Positions 1 to 10,334 of a stretch of DNA of 64,000 bases are shown here, piece by piece. The DNA lies in assembly GCA_050951805.1 (NCBI GenBank), contig JBMNJT010000003.1, positions 96,001-160,000 on the forward strand, written 5' to 3'. The translations under genes and the position numbers were made by a program. A model generated the notes under the pieces. It was not told where the DNA came from and searched no databases. It was given only the letters and a program-made list of their open reading frames with translations. The stretch comes from Bacillota bacterium. Lineage in GTDB: Bacteria > Bacillota > DTU025. How positions within the stretch are numbered: position 1 is the first letter of the stretch; the number at the start of each line of letters is the position of its first letter.

Positions 1-1049
1 CGCTGCGTCAATATTCCGACCTGGAAGTGGCTTTGATAGGGCCTTCAGAGTTGGCGGAATCGGTGCGGGGCGTGGCCGGGCTCAGGCTGTACCCGGCGGC
101 CAGCGAGGAAGAGCAGCATCGCGAGATGGAGCGATTGCTCGATGCCGGCGAGATCGATGCATGTGTCACCATGCACTACAACTTCCCAATAGGCGTCTCC
201 ACAGTGGGGCGGGTTGTCACCCCAAGTAGGGGACGGGAGATGTTCATAGCCACAACCACTGGCACATCAGGGACAGAGCGCGTCGAAAACATGGTGAAGA
301 ACGCTGTGTACGGAATCGTAGCGGCGAAAGCCAGCGGGGTGGTTGAGCCTACAGTAGGGGTGCTCAACATAGATGGGGCAAGGCAGGTTGAGAGAGCTTT
401 GAGAAAGCTATCTGATGCCGGATACCCCATCCAGTTTGCGGAATCGGCGCGGGCTGACGGAGGCGCGGTCATGCGTGGCAACGATCTTTTGATGGCTACT
501 CCTGACGTGATGGTGTGCGACAGCCTCACAGGCAATCTCTTGATGAAGATCTTCTCGGCCGCAAGCACCGGGGGGGACTACGAAGCGACCGGGTACGGTT
601 ATGGTCCCGGGATCGGCGAGGGATACGGGCGGATCATCATGATCCTCTCGCGCGCATCGGGCGCGCCAGTGGTGGCTGGAGCGATCAGATACGCGGCTGA
701 CCTGGTGAAGGGCGGAGTTCACGAGGTGGCCAGGGTTGAATTTGCCGCCGCCCGGAAGGCGGGCTGGCCCGAGATAGGGCTCCCCACCGGAGCGGGAGCT
801 TCGGCGTCTGCGCCGGCTCAGGGCGACGCGGCTGCTGCCGCTGAGAGTGTAGAGCCGCCGCCGAAGAAAGTCGTCACTTCCGACATTGCGGGAGTGGACA
901 TCCTTCAGTTGGAAGAAGCTGTGAGCGTTCTGTGGGGCGCGGGGATATATGCCGAGACCGGTATGGGATGCACCGGCCCTGTAATCATGGTAGCAGACGA
1001 AGATAAGGACGCGGCGAGGAAGGCTTTGGAGTCTAGCGGATACCTATAG
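1..1049 (+). CDS. grdD: Glycine/sarcosine/betaine reductase component C, alpha subunit (5' end outside window)
   Basis: Motifs VTMHYNFPIGVSTVGRVVTP, MFIATTTGTS, MRGNDLL, GIYAETGMGCTGP; frame is open back to the window edge. Confidence 0.9.
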   Translation, partial: LRQYSDLEVALIGPSELAESVRGVAGLRLYPAASEEEQHREMERLLDAGEIDACVTMHYNFPIGVSTVGRVVTPSRGREMFIATTTGTSGTERVENMVKNAVYGIVAAKASGVVEPTVGVLNIDGARQVERALRKLSDAGYPIQFAESARADGGAVMRGNDLLMATPDVMVCDSLTGNLLMKIFSAASTGGDYEATGYGYGPGIGEGYGRIIMILSRASGAPVVAGAIRYAADLVKGGVHEVARVEFAAARKAGWPEIGLPTGAGASASAPAQGDAAAAAESVEPPPKKVVTSDIAGVDILQLEEAVSVLWGAGIYAETGMGCTGPVIMVADEDKDAARKALESSGYL

Positions 1050-1064
1050 AAGGCCTTTGCAGGC

Positions 1065-1097
1065 GAAGAGGGGCGGGCACAAGATCCGCCCCTCTTC
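1065..1097. terminator. Hairpin after grdD (between convergent genes)
   Basis: Perfect 12-bp inverted repeat gaagaggggcgg / ccgcccctcttc; U-tail weak. Confidence 0.6.
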
Positions 1098-1307
1098 CAA
1101 TCGATTGAAAGCAGGTAGTACAGACTCCAAGGTCGAGCAAGGCAGAGCTATTTGCTTGTGGTGGTCGGCGATTCTCGACTGTATCAGTTCTTGCTGTGTT
1201 TTGAGTAATATTCTTTGGCGTGAAATTACGGCATAATTCGCAATATCCTCTATTGCGGCGAGGGGTTTGGTGAGCTCGGCGGGTGGGAACCGCACGGGCG
1301 GCGCAGG

Positions 1308-3350
1308 TTATCCGGCAAAAGGCACAGTGAAAAAGAAAGTACTTCCCTGGCCCTGCACGCTGCGCACCCAGATTCGTCCTCCATGTGCCTCAACGAGCTC
1401 TTTACATATGTACAGTCCGAGACCCATCCCTTCTGATCTTTCTCGAGCTTCGGAGGCGCGCCAGTAGCGTTCGAATATGTGGGGCAGCTCGTCTTCGGCA
1501 ATGCCCTGTCCGTGGTCGGTTATGGATATGAGTGCTTGATCATCGGAGTCCTGGTAGCGAGCGGCTTCCACAAGCACTTCTGAATCGCCGGTAGAATACT
1601 TGAAGGCATTGGTGGTCAGGTTCGTCAGGATTCGTTCCAGGCGAACGGGATCGGCGTATACAGGCGGGAGATTCGGTTCAATATCAAGCTTCAGCCTTGT
1701 TGTTTCTGGCGCATCAAGCCAGCGCTCTACACAATCAGACATGAACTTCGCAAGATCGAAAACTTGCCGTTTCAGCGTGATCTTGCCCGACTGAATTCGG
1801 AAGGAATCCGAAAGGTCGGATATCATGATATTCATGTACCTGGCGGACAAGACGATTCCCATGGCATTCTTGCGGACGGTGTCGGGTTTGTCGGCTACGC
1901 GTTCCATCATCTGCGCTCGCGCAAGTATCAGCGTCAGCGGCGAGCGGAGGTCGTGAGAGATGAGCCTGATCATTTCTTCTCGGGTTTTCTCCATTTCATA
2001 CATCCGAGTTATGTCCCGCATGATTATTATGGCAGACGACATTTGGCCCTTTGCGTCCCGCACGATGCCTCCGTTGAAGCTCATGACCCGGTAGGAGCCG
2101 TCTGTGTAGTGCATGATGTAGTGCTGGTCGGCAAGGGTCCCTTCTCTCAAAAGCTTGCAGTAAGGCATTTCCTTCAATGAAACCGCTTCTCCGTCAAGCT
2201 TTTCGAGAGTGATTCCGAACGCGATATCATCCCCATACCTGGACTGGGGCTTTCCAACGTCGAGCATTTCTTCGCACGCACGGTTCGTCAGCATCACGTA
2301 GCCGTTGCGGTCGTACACAACCACTCCGCATTCGAGGCTTTCGAGGAGCGCCTCCATCTGCGCCGCCTTTGCTGTTGCAGCGCGATGCGCTTCTTGCTCA
2401 GCGGCGAGGAGGCGACCGTATTCTGCTATTGCCGCATCGGCGGCGATCGCCATGGCGCACCTTTCAGCTACCAACTCCGCAAACTCGATGTCTTCCTGGG
2501 GCGGCACGTACCCGATCTTCTTGAAGACCGCCGCCATGACCCCTATTGGCCTTCCTACTGTCATGAGCGGAATGCGCAAGTACCCATAGGCGCCGATGGA
2601 GCCGAGCCATCTTGCTTCGCATGCGCTCGCCTGGGGTAAAGATACATAGGCCGAGGCACTCGTCTCGATCCCACATGGCCATTCCTCTGGCGAATCAAAT
2701 GTGATCTCTGAAGGGAGCCAACACAAGGGTTTGGATTCAGCGACGCGCAGGAGGCGGGGGGTGTCTTGATCTAGCAGAAAAGCTGCACAGTAGTCTGCGG
2801 AGATGGCCGCAGAGCATTTGCCGATTCCATCGCCGAGGAACTCGTCAAGACTATAGCCGCGGCTGAGGCTCGATCCGAGGGCGCTGAGGGCTTTTAGTCT
2901 CTTGAGGAGGACAGATTGCTCGGAGACATCTTGGGACAAGATGATTGCGTGGTGCGTGTTGGAGGCCCCGCTCGGTACAGGTTGGCAGGCGATGAGCCAG
3001 TAAGCGTCGGAGCCTCCTTCTTCGGCGCCCGATCGGGCCTTGCACACCGTGACACGATTCTTGGTCTCTATAGCTCGGTCGACCAGGGGTATGATTACAT
3101 TCATCCATTGCTTTGGCAGGACTTCTTCGCACCGGCTTTCTGGAGCCAGAGAATGCGACTTGACTTCTCCGATCATCCTTGCAAAAGTCGAGTTGGCCAT
3201 CTCAAAAATATAACCGGGCATGCGCAAGAGAGCAACGCCCACAGGCAATGAATTGAGGACGAGTTCCGAATCTGATCCATGCAGCATATAGCGAATCTCT
3301 TCTGCGGAAAGCTTGCTTTCTATATCAGCTGAGGAACCGTCTGACACCAT
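1308..3350 (-). CDS. Soluble PAS-GAF-PAS sensor histidine kinase
   Basis: H-box ISHDLRSPL, N-box NLTTNAFKYS, G1 DHGQGI, G2 GMGLGLYI; start moved to ATG 3350 behind GGAAGGAG RBS. Confidence 0.9.
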   Translation of the reverse strand: MVSDGSSADIESKLSAEEIRYMLHGSDSELVLNSLPVGVALLRMPGYIFEMANSTFARMIGEVKSHSLAPESRCEEVLPKQWMNVIIPLVDRAIETKNRVTVCKARSGAEEGGSDAYWLIACQPVPSGASNTHHAIILSQDVSEQSVLLKRLKALSALGSSLSRGYSLDEFLGDGIGKCSAAISADYCAAFLLDQDTPRLLRVAESKPLCWLPSEITFDSPEEWPCGIETSASAYVSLPQASACEARWLGSIGAYGYLRIPLMTVGRPIGVMAAVFKKIGYVPPQEDIEFAELVAERCAMAIAADAAIAEYGRLLAAEQEAHRAATAKAAQMEALLESLECGVVVYDRNGYVMLTNRACEEMLDVGKPQSRYGDDIAFGITLEKLDGEAVSLKEMPYCKLLREGTLADQHYIMHYTDGSYRVMSFNGGIVRDAKGQMSSAIIIMRDITRMYEMEKTREEMIRLISHDLRSPLTLILARAQMMERVADKPDTVRKNAMGIVLSARYMNIMISDLSDSFRIQSGKITLKRQVFDLAKFMSDCVERWLDAPETTRLKLDIEPNLPPVYADPVRLERILTNLTTNAFKYSTGDSEVLVEAARYQDSDDQALISITDHGQGIAEDELPHIFERYWRASEARERSEGMGLGLYICKELVEAHGGRIWVRSVQGQGSTFFFTVPFAG

Positions 3351-3612
3351 ATGCCCAACTCCTTCCCGAAACACAGATAACATATGGAGGCAATGTGAGC
3401 AACAATGGCAGGTTATATATTGTTCAACGGAAATAATAGTTTTCCTTCCAAGAGTATCAATGGTTTGTGTTTTATACCCATATGCACTGTCCGAATGTAC
3501 GGTTGAAGGAACTGACATGGCTAAATGTGTGAGGGGCCGGGGTGCGCAGTGGGTGGGGTTGCCCGGCGTATGGTATCATGACAATGACATTGTGGGATTG
3601 GGGGGACCGGGA

Positions 3613-4536
3613 TTGATAATCAGTGCAAGTAGACGGACGGATATCCCTGCATTCTATGGCGAGTGGTTCATGAACAGGATTCGGGCCGGGTTCTGTCTCG
3701 TCCCCAACCCTTACTGTCCTACACAAGTGTCCATGGTGTCCCTTGCCAAAGATGATGTCGACGCGATCGTCTTCTGGTCGCGCGACCCCAGATCTATGAT
3801 GCCGCACCTTCACGAGCTTGACAACATGGGATATGGTTATCTGTTTCAGTATACGATCAATGGCTATCCTAGACTGCTGGAGCCTAAGATGCCGGACCTA
3901 GGTTCTGCGATTGCCACATTTGTCGAGCTTGCTTCCGTGATCGGCCCCTCCAGGACTTTGTGGAGATATGATCCGATAATCCTGAGCAACATCACACCTC
4001 CTGAATACCACATCAAGATGTTTTCGGAAATCGCTGCGGCTCTTGAAGGAAGCACCACGAGGGTTACGGTGAGTCTGCTCGACCTTTATCGCAAGACGAA
4101 GCGCCGTCTTGAGGAATTGGAAGAGATCTCGCTGTGGGAGACGGAGGTTCCCGGTGCTCCTGGGCAGCTCAAAAGCGATGTGTTGGGTCTTTTTGCCAAG
4201 ATTGCTGCGATTGCCAGAAGTCATGGGATGGTCATCACAAGTTGCGCTGAGCCGTATGACTTGTCTGCATGTGGGATAGGCCATGGAGCGTGTATTGACG
4301 CTGACACGATCCGAGCGGCTTTGGGTGTAGAAGTAAGCAGGCGGAAAGATCCCGGCCAGCGTGGCGAATGCGGATGTGTGGTGAGCCGCGACATAGGCGT
4401 CTATGATACGTGCATGCGCGGATGCGTTTACTGCTACGCTACGGATGGGACGGGGACGGAAAAGGCGCATGACCCGCATGCGCCTGCGCTCAACGGTAGG
4501 GTTTCTTGTACGCGTCAGGCGCGGCTAAGCGGATGA
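3613..4536 (+). CDS. DUF1848 family protein (C-terminal CxxxCxxC)
   Basis: N-terminal IISASRRTDIPAFYGEWF, WRYDPI, DIGVYDTCMRGCVYCYA; TTG start after a G-rich RBS. Confidence 0.85.
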   Translation: MIISASRRTDIPAFYGEWFMNRIRAGFCLVPNPYCPTQVSMVSLAKDDVDAIVFWSRDPRSMMPHLHELDNMGYGYLFQYTINGYPRLLEPKMPDLGSAIATFVELASVIGPSRTLWRYDPIILSNITPPEYHIKMFSEIAAALEGSTTRVTVSLLDLYRKTKRRLEELEEISLWETEVPGAPGQLKSDVLGLFAKIAAIARSHGMVITSCAEPYDLSACGIGHGACIDADTIRAALGVEVSRRKDPGQRGECGCVVSRDIGVYDTCMRGCVYCYATDGTGTEKAHDPHAPALNGRVSCTRQARLSG

Positions 4537-5119
4537 GCCAGTATATCGATACCCCGATTACAGTTGTGCCCAGCAGCATCATGAAGAATCCTTCTTCAAG
4601 TTGCTTTGCTCTGACGCCAGCGAGGGCAAAGAACATGTATGAAAACGCCATGGCCGCAAAAACGATTGCGACCGCTCTCTGTGCGCCGATGGCGAGCGCC
4701 GAGCGGATGGCCGGAGCTGAGTCGGTCAGTGGTTGTTCTGCTTGCGCATCATTCTCTTCCAAGCACGCAGCTTTATCCTCGAAACCCTCCATGAGATCGG
4801 GCGAGACATCCTTTCTCTGATATACAGAATTGATCTGGGCTGTGCCAAGGAAGCAGATGACTCCCAACCCCATGAGGGCGGGCTCAAACCAGGCTACAGG
4901 CCTTTTTTCCATAAGGCTCAAGGCGCATGCGGTTAGCACGCAAGCAGAGCTCCAGCCGAACGGCTTGAAATTTGCTGCTAACGTTCCCCACAAAGAGAGC
5001 GCAAGCGCGGCGGCTGCCGGGATCATTACATAGACTGTAGGCGTGATGCCAACCACGCAGATGACTACCAGGAGACAGAGAAACGCAGGCAACCAGCGAA
5101 GCCAGTCAATCTTTCTCAT
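4490..5119 (-). CDS. Multi-pass membrane protein, last gene of the MoxR operon
   Basis: About 6 hydrophobic segments; ATG at 5119 overlaps the DUF58 stop (ATGA). Confidence 0.7.
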   Translation of the reverse strand: MRKIDWLRWLPAFLCLLVVICVVGITPTVYVMIPAAAALALSLWGTLAANFKPFGWSSACVLTACALSLMEKRPVAWFEPALMGLGVICFLGTAQINSVYQRKDVSPDLMEGFEDKAACLEENDAQAEQPLTDSAPAIRSALAIGAQRAVAIVFAAMAFSYMFFALAGVRAKQLEEGFFMMLLGTTVIGVSIYWLIRLAAPDAYKKPYR

Positions 5120-6441
5120 GCCCATCCTCCCCTCGAAGTGCTTTGCCAAGGGCTCCGCCCTGCAGATCTGAAGCCTTGTCCGCCGAAGTAATGGCTGAGG
5201 CAGGCATCGAGCGAGCCGTTGCCATCCCATTCTGCAACTTGAAGACCGAGCGCCCTGAGCTTCTTCAATTTTGCCTTGTGGTTGAGGCCCCACCATCTTT
5301 TTGCAAGCTGATCTTCGGCAGAGTCCTTGAGCTGATCTTCAATGAATGGTATAGGCGAGACATACAGGACCATTGGATTGCAACCCCGGGCCGCCAGCCC
5401 CACTATCATGTCAATGGCTCTGTCGTCGAGGAGCGGGGTGATGACGAGAACAAGGGATCCCGGCGGCAGGACTGATCTGGGAAGAAGCCTCATGTTGGGC
5501 GCCACAAAACTCTGGACGGCGTAAAGGCGCGCCAGCCTGTCGAGGATCACGTATAGCTGGTTGCGGCCGGGACGCGGCACAGCCCAGTCCACTGCGCCCG
5601 CATATCTCACAATTCCGACCCTGTCCCGGTTCTCCAAAAACCCCATGGCTATGCTGGCGGCTGCGCGCGAGGCGCAGTCGAGGTAAGTTGAGGGGGATGT
5701 TCCCACGTCAGCGAGACCGTCTACTACTATGACCACATCGATGTTGCGATCCCTCGTGCTGTCATTGACGTAGAGCTTCCCGAACCTGAGCGTTGCCCGC
5801 CAGTTGACTCGTTTGACGGGGTCGCCTGGCATGGCCGCGCGAATGTCCGATATCTCCAACCCTTCGCCGGGCACTCGCGAAGGACATTCCCCAACGTGCT
5901 GGCGGGATCTGGCTGCCAGGCCCCAGTCGACGCGAATGGGCTCCGGTCGCGGATAGACCAGGCAAGCTTCGCCCGGCCACACGCGGTCGCCGAAGGACTT
6001 CAGCCCTGACCTGGTGTACGAGCGCGAGACTGTGTCCCCCACGTAGAACATGCCCCGCGCCGGCATGTTAACGCGGAATGTAAAATTGCGGATCTCTCCC
6101 GGCCTCATAGAGAGGGAGAGTTGTCTCGAAGAGATCACGTGGTTTTCTTCATCGCACAGGAGGATGTGGGCCTCAAGAAGAGGGATGTCGGATCCAGAAG
6201 AAATCGAGACCTCCAGCAACACCTGTTCGCCTTCGAAGCATCTGTCATGCGAGACATTGACTGAGATGGAGTATTCAGGTTCATCCTGCTCGTATGCAAC
6301 GGCGAAGAGGCCGAACATGAACACGGAAGCGAGCAGCAACAACTCCCAACGGTCCAGGAGTATGCTTGCCAGGACGAGAGCTCCGAAGGAAACTATATAG
6401 ACGTAGCCTTTTTCAGTAAGCCGCGAGCCCATGCCGATCAA
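5116..6441 (-). CDS. DUF58 domain protein
   Basis: N-terminal TM pair, LVYP, GEGLEISDIRAAMPGDPVKRVNWRATLR, DRVG; adjacent to MoxR. Confidence 0.88.
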   Translation of the reverse strand: MIGMGSRLTEKGYVYIVSFGALVLASILLDRWELLLLASVFMFGLFAVAYEQDEPEYSISVNVSHDRCFEGEQVLLEVSISSGSDIPLLEAHILLCDEENHVISSRQLSLSMRPGEIRNFTFRVNMPARGMFYVGDTVSRSYTRSGLKSFGDRVWPGEACLVYPRPEPIRVDWGLAARSRQHVGECPSRVPGEGLEISDIRAAMPGDPVKRVNWRATLRFGKLYVNDSTRDRNIDVVIVVDGLADVGTSPSTYLDCASRAAASIAMGFLENRDRVGIVRYAGAVDWAVPRPGRNQLYVILDRLARLYAVQSFVAPNMRLLPRSVLPPGSLVLVITPLLDDRAIDMIVGLAARGCNPMVLYVSPIPFIEDQLKDSAEDQLAKRWWGLNHKAKLKKLRALGLQVAEWDGNGSLDACLSHYFGGQGFRSAGRSPWQSTSRGGWA

Positions 6442-6450
6442 CCTCCGCCT

Positions 6451-7431
6451 CTAGTCAACAGCTCTTGCCCAATCAGCGACAGGGACTGGCACCCGATCGA
6501 GTGCGTCCTCCACTATGGATTCGCCCGTAATGCGCTCAGCCCAAAGCTCGGGCCGGAGCAGAATGCGATGGGCGAGGGCGGGGACTGCCACTGCTTTGAC
6601 GTCGTCGGGCACCACGTAGTCTCTTTCGTACATGAGTGCCCGGGCTCTCGCCAGCTTAAACAGAGCCAGGCTGCCTCTGGGCGATGCACCCAGCTGGACT
6701 CTGCGGTCGTTGCGGGTTTCTGTTGTGATGGAGACTATGTAATCTTGGATCTCGGCACTGACATATACATGTTCCACTGCGTTTTGGATCTGCAGAAACT
6801 CGCTTTTCTCGATGGCCTGGTGCGCGACTGCTCTGTCGGTGCGCCGGTCCTGTCTGCGCGAGAGGATCTCGCGCTCTGCTTCGGGGGACGGGTATCCCAG
6901 CCGAAGCCTGGCGATAAATCTGTCTATCTGGGCTTCCGGCAGGGGATAGGTCCCTTCGAATTCGAGGGGGTTTTGGGTGGCTATTACGAGAAAAGGCGGG
7001 TCAAGCACGTAGCTTTGTCCTTCCACAGTAACCTGCCTCTCTTGCATCGCTTCGAGAAGGGCCGACTGGGTTTTTGGAGTGCCCCGGTTCACCTCGTCTG
7101 CGAGGATGAGATTGGCGAATATCGGCCCTGGTTTGAACTTGAAATCCTCACGCCTGGCATCGTATATCGCGCTTCCGGTGATATCTCCCGGGAGAAGATC
7201 GGGCACGAACTGAATTCTCTTGAAGTTCAGGCCAAGAGCTTGGGCGAAGCATTGGGCCGTTAGAGTTTTGGCGACTCCCGGCACGTCTTCCAGGAGAAGG
7301 TGCCCGTCGGCAATCATGCTCATCAGGACAAACTGAAGTTCGTCATCTTTGCCAACGATAACTGCGGATACTGACGAGATGATCTCGTGACATTTTGCGG
7401 ACGCCTGGATTATCATGTCTGAAATGCTCAT
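6451..7431 (-). CDS. moxR: MoxR family AAA+ ATPase
   Basis: HLLLEDVPGVAKT, RIQFVPDLLPGDITG, LADEVNR, ATQNPLEFEGTYPLPEAQIDRF, GASPRG. Confidence 0.95.
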   Translation of the reverse strand: MSISDMIIQASAKCHEIISSVSAVIVGKDDELQFVLMSMIADGHLLLEDVPGVAKTLTAQCFAQALGLNFKRIQFVPDLLPGDITGSAIYDARREDFKFKPGPIFANLILADEVNRGTPKTQSALLEAMQERQVTVEGQSYVLDPPFLVIATQNPLEFEGTYPLPEAQIDRFIARLRLGYPSPEAEREILSRRQDRRTDRAVAHQAIEKSEFLQIQNAVEHVYVSAEIQDYIVSITTETRNDRRVQLGASPRGSLALFKLARARALMYERDYVVPDDVKAVAVPALAHRILLRPELWAERITGESIVEDALDRVPVPVADWARAVD

Positions 7432-7934
7432 AGCAACTCCTCCATCACATCAAGGACTGAAGATATGTCATCAGGCGTCATGCGTTCTCCGTTGCCACGG
7501 TAGCCGCCTTTGACATGTTCGATTACATCGACTGGGGCCTCTTGTTCTTCTAAGAAGCGGACCATGTAGCGGCTTCGGCCCTGAGAAAGCCTGACTTTCC
7601 GGCGGAAGGCGTCGAATTGGGGGCAGACTGCAGGGGAGGATGCGCGCCGCTTGCGCCATGGCGCCCAAGAGTCAACCCATTCCCAGAAGTTGAACTGCGT
7701 TACCAGCCATGGCATGGGATTCTCCCGCCCTTGTTTTGCTCCTTGCCATGCCCGGAGGCAGGCGATGTAGAGGCAGCCTACCCCGGAAATCTTGGGGACC
7801 AGGGGGCGTTTGTGCGGAGACATCAGCAGGTAGAGCGCTATTGAAAAGACGGCAAAGGCCGCAAGCGTCAGAATCATCTCCACAAAAGAAACGAGTTCTT
7901 TCTGTCTGATATCCTCATCGAACCTGGAAGACAT
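7428..7934 (-). CDS. Hypothetical membrane-anchored protein in the MoxR operon
   Basis: Two N-terminal hydrophobic helices; stop overlaps the moxR start. Confidence 0.7.
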   Translation of the reverse strand: MSSRFDEDIRQKELVSFVEMILTLAAFAVFSIALYLLMSPHKRPLVPKISGVGCLYIACLRAWQGAKQGRENPMPWLVTQFNFWEWVDSWAPWRKRRASSPAVCPQFDAFRRKVRLSQGRSRYMVRFLEEQEAPVDVIEHVKGGYRGNGERMTPDDISSVLDVMEELL

Positions 7935-7940
7935 GGATGA

Positions 7941-8915
7941 TTACCCCCTCTGGCCACTGGCTGCCTGTGCGACAGAAATGGAATCTATATGCGACTTGAG
8001 GCTTCGCAGCGAAGCCAGGGCAGCTGCCTTGTCCTGGCTCGTCACATCATGGGTGCTGAAGAAAGCTTTCTGATATGCTGCAAGCAGATCCGAAAGGGAT
8101 CTTCGCGGCACTTTGAAGGCCTTCTCGGCGTTGAGAGCGCATTCTTCAGGAGTGTAGTGGGATTCGGCGGGAGCTCCGCCCATCTCCAATGCAGACAGAA
8201 AAGCGAGATAGCACATGAGGACCGCTATCTGGGCATCTGGTTCTTCCTCAATCGCCTCTATGGCGGCGTCTGAAAAGTCAACCATCTCTATGGACAGCAT
8301 GTCCGCCATTGCCAAAGCGTCTGACGCCACAGGTTTCGGGGTGACAGCGGTGCGCTGTGGGCCGATTACGGCGACGCCTATGACTGCGATGAAGGCTATG
8401 GCTGCAAAGATCAGCCCATATTTCCACCAGGGCCACGGGGCCACCTTGGCAGGAACGACTAAAGGAGGTTCAGGCCTCGGGGCATACTCCGACTCAGGTT
8501 CCTCGACGGACTCTGCCGGCGCCTTCTTCTCGCCTCCTTTTGCCTCTGGTCCCGGCGTGGGCTTCTCATGCTCTGTGGGCGGGGTGTATGTAGCGGCCAC
8601 GAATGCGAGCATGACCAAGGCCAGTGATAGGATGCGGACCCAACCGGGGACATGGGTTGGCGCGCGGAAGATTCTCTTGCCGCCGCTCTGCTGCCTTTCG
8701 ATGATGACGAAGGCAAGCACGGTTCCGATGAAAAGGACTGCGAGCGTGGATATGGCGATTACCGTGGCATCCCTAATGCGCTCCGCTAGGCTGGCAATGG
8801 GCTTGATGGGCGCAGAAGACCGAGGCGGGCTTAGAGAGAGGCCTATCATCATCAGTGCCCCGATACACATTACTGCGAGTGTTGCGGGAAAAGCCTTTTG
8901 CATCGATTGAAGCAA
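7941..8915 (-). CDS. DUF4129 domain membrane protein
   Basis: 4 TM segments, Pro/Glu linker, C-terminal YTPEEC...LLAAYQKAFFS. Confidence 0.75.
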   Translation of the reverse strand: MLQSMQKAFPATLAVMCIGALMMIGLSLSPPRSSAPIKPIASLAERIRDATVIAISTLAVLFIGTVLAFVIIERQQSGGKRIFRAPTHVPGWVRILSLALVMLAFVAATYTPPTEHEKPTPGPEAKGGEKKAPAESVEEPESEYAPRPEPPLVVPAKVAPWPWWKYGLIFAAIAFIAVIGVAVIGPQRTAVTPKPVASDALAMADMLSIEMVDFSDAAIEAIEEEPDAQIAVLMCYLAFLSALEMGGAPAESHYTPEECALNAEKAFKVPRRSLSDLLAAYQKAFFSTHDVTSQDKAAALASLRSLKSHIDSISVAQAASGQRG

Positions 8916-9101
8916 CTCCGTTCTTTCCCAGGCCCGGCCCAGGGCTACCTGAAATCGCAGGAGATTTGGGCCTTGTGGAACGGGCGGGGGGGCGAGCTTT
9001 TAAGAATTATAACACATAAGAAGCCCTATGGGATTCCCTGGGCGCCATGCAAGTTGATGTTCGGCAAATGCGCAGATGGATAGTGGGGCCAACCTTATGA
9101 T

Positions 9102-9929
9102 TTAGCGGCTAGGGATTGGGGCAATAGGTGGCCTCACGAACTTATGTTGAGCGCTGCGATTTAGCGCCTCCACTCGGTCCCGCACTTCGTCCGAGGCTTC
9201 TCCTGTGAGTATGTAGCGATCCAAGTCGGCATAGGAGATGCCCATTTCGCCTTCGTCTGTCTGGCCGCTCCACAGGCCGGCAGTAGGGGGCTTTTCAATA
9301 ATGCTCTGGGGTACGCCCAGATATGCTGCGAGTTCGCGCACATCGGTCTTGACCAGGTTGCCCAAGGGCAATAGGTCGGACCCGCCGTCTCCATACTTTG
9401 TGAAATAACCTACTGTTAACTCGCTTCTGTTTGTCGTCCCTGCCACCAGATAGCCGAGGACGTTGGCGTAGTAGTAGAGCGCGGTCATCCTCAGACGCGG
9501 CTTGAGGTTTGCCTCAGCCATTCGGACTTTCGAGCTTTCCAGGCGTGAAGCTGACTCGCCGGTTCCATCGGGGAGAGAATCTGCATCTTCTGCATGGAGC
9601 CGCCTTCGATCCTTGGCAGCAACATAAGGATCGAGAAGTCGTTGAAGATTTGCGAGGTGTTCGTCATAGATCGGGCCCAGATCGTAGGTGATCGTAGGCA
9701 GGTTGAAACAGCGGGCCACCAAGTCTGCGTCCTCCACATCCTGTGGATCTGAGTGACATGGCATGATTACGCCAAGGCATCCCTCTGGCATTGCCCTCAT
9801 GCCCAATCCGGCCATTACTGCTGAGTCGAGCCCTCCGGAGAGTCCAAAAACTATTCCGCTGCATCCTGCGCGCAGCGTGTTCTCCTTTAGCCAATCGCAG
9901 ATGACATCTGCTACTGCCTTGCAATCCAT
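9102..9929 (-). CDS. nadE: NH3-dependent NAD+ synthetase
   Basis: GLSGGLDSA PP-loop, ANLKPRLRM, GYFTKYGDGG, PPTAGLW, QTDE. Confidence 0.95.
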   Translation of the reverse strand: MDCKAVADVICDWLKENTLRAGCSGIVFGLSGGLDSAVMAGLGMRAMPEGCLGVIMPCHSDPQDVEDADLVARCFNLPTITYDLGPIYDEHLANLQRLLDPYVAAKDRRRLHAEDADSLPDGTGESASRLESSKVRMAEANLKPRLRMTALYYYANVLGYLVAGTTNRSELTVGYFTKYGDGGSDLLPLGNLVKTDVRELAAYLGVPQSIIEKPPTAGLWSGQTDEGEMGISYADLDRYILTGEASDEVRDRVEALNRSAQHKFVRPPIAPIPSR

Positions 9930-10257
9930 ACTTCCATCACCTTGCCCGGCGCCTACGCACGCCCATCATAATAGTCTGCTGTGGGCTGATCCACAACAGC
10001 CCACGTAGACATGATAACACATCCCCGGGCCCATGACGCGATATCCGTCCCGCTGCATCCACGCGTGGGCGGGGGAAAAGTGGCAAATGCGGCTCTGGCT
10101 TTCTTGGCATTAGTCCTATGGGCTAGGGTGAGGCTAGCTCCGCATCTTGAACCGCATGTTCCCGTTCCTTTGATCCACGGGACAGAGGAAGGCGCTGAGT
10201 CGAGAACTTTATGGGCAATATGGCATTTGAGATTGGACTCATAGTAGATTGCTGGGA

Positions 10258-10308
10258 TTGACGCGCTCAAAAATTGTGTGTAGAATATTAATAAATGAAC
10301 GATTCGTT
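10258..10308 (+). promoter_or_regulatory. Sigma-70-type promoter with candidate TetR operator
   Basis: TTGACG (10258)-17 nt-TAGAAT (10281); palindrome AACGA-T-TCGTT at 10298-10308 just downstream. Confidence 0.6.
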
Positions 10309-10334
10309 AAATAATTAAGTGGACGGATGGCGGC

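Noticed and set aside
4490-4536. 47-nt tail-to-tail overlap of DUF1848 and the MoxR operon's last gene
   Set aside because: Short convergent overlaps are common; no evidence of function.
4490-8915. MoxR-DUF58-DUF4129 operon as a novel system
   Set aside because: Widespread, previously noted gene arrangement.
9974-10010. Hairpin upstream of nadE as a riboswitch
   Set aside because: Only a simple stem; no recognisable aptamer consensus.
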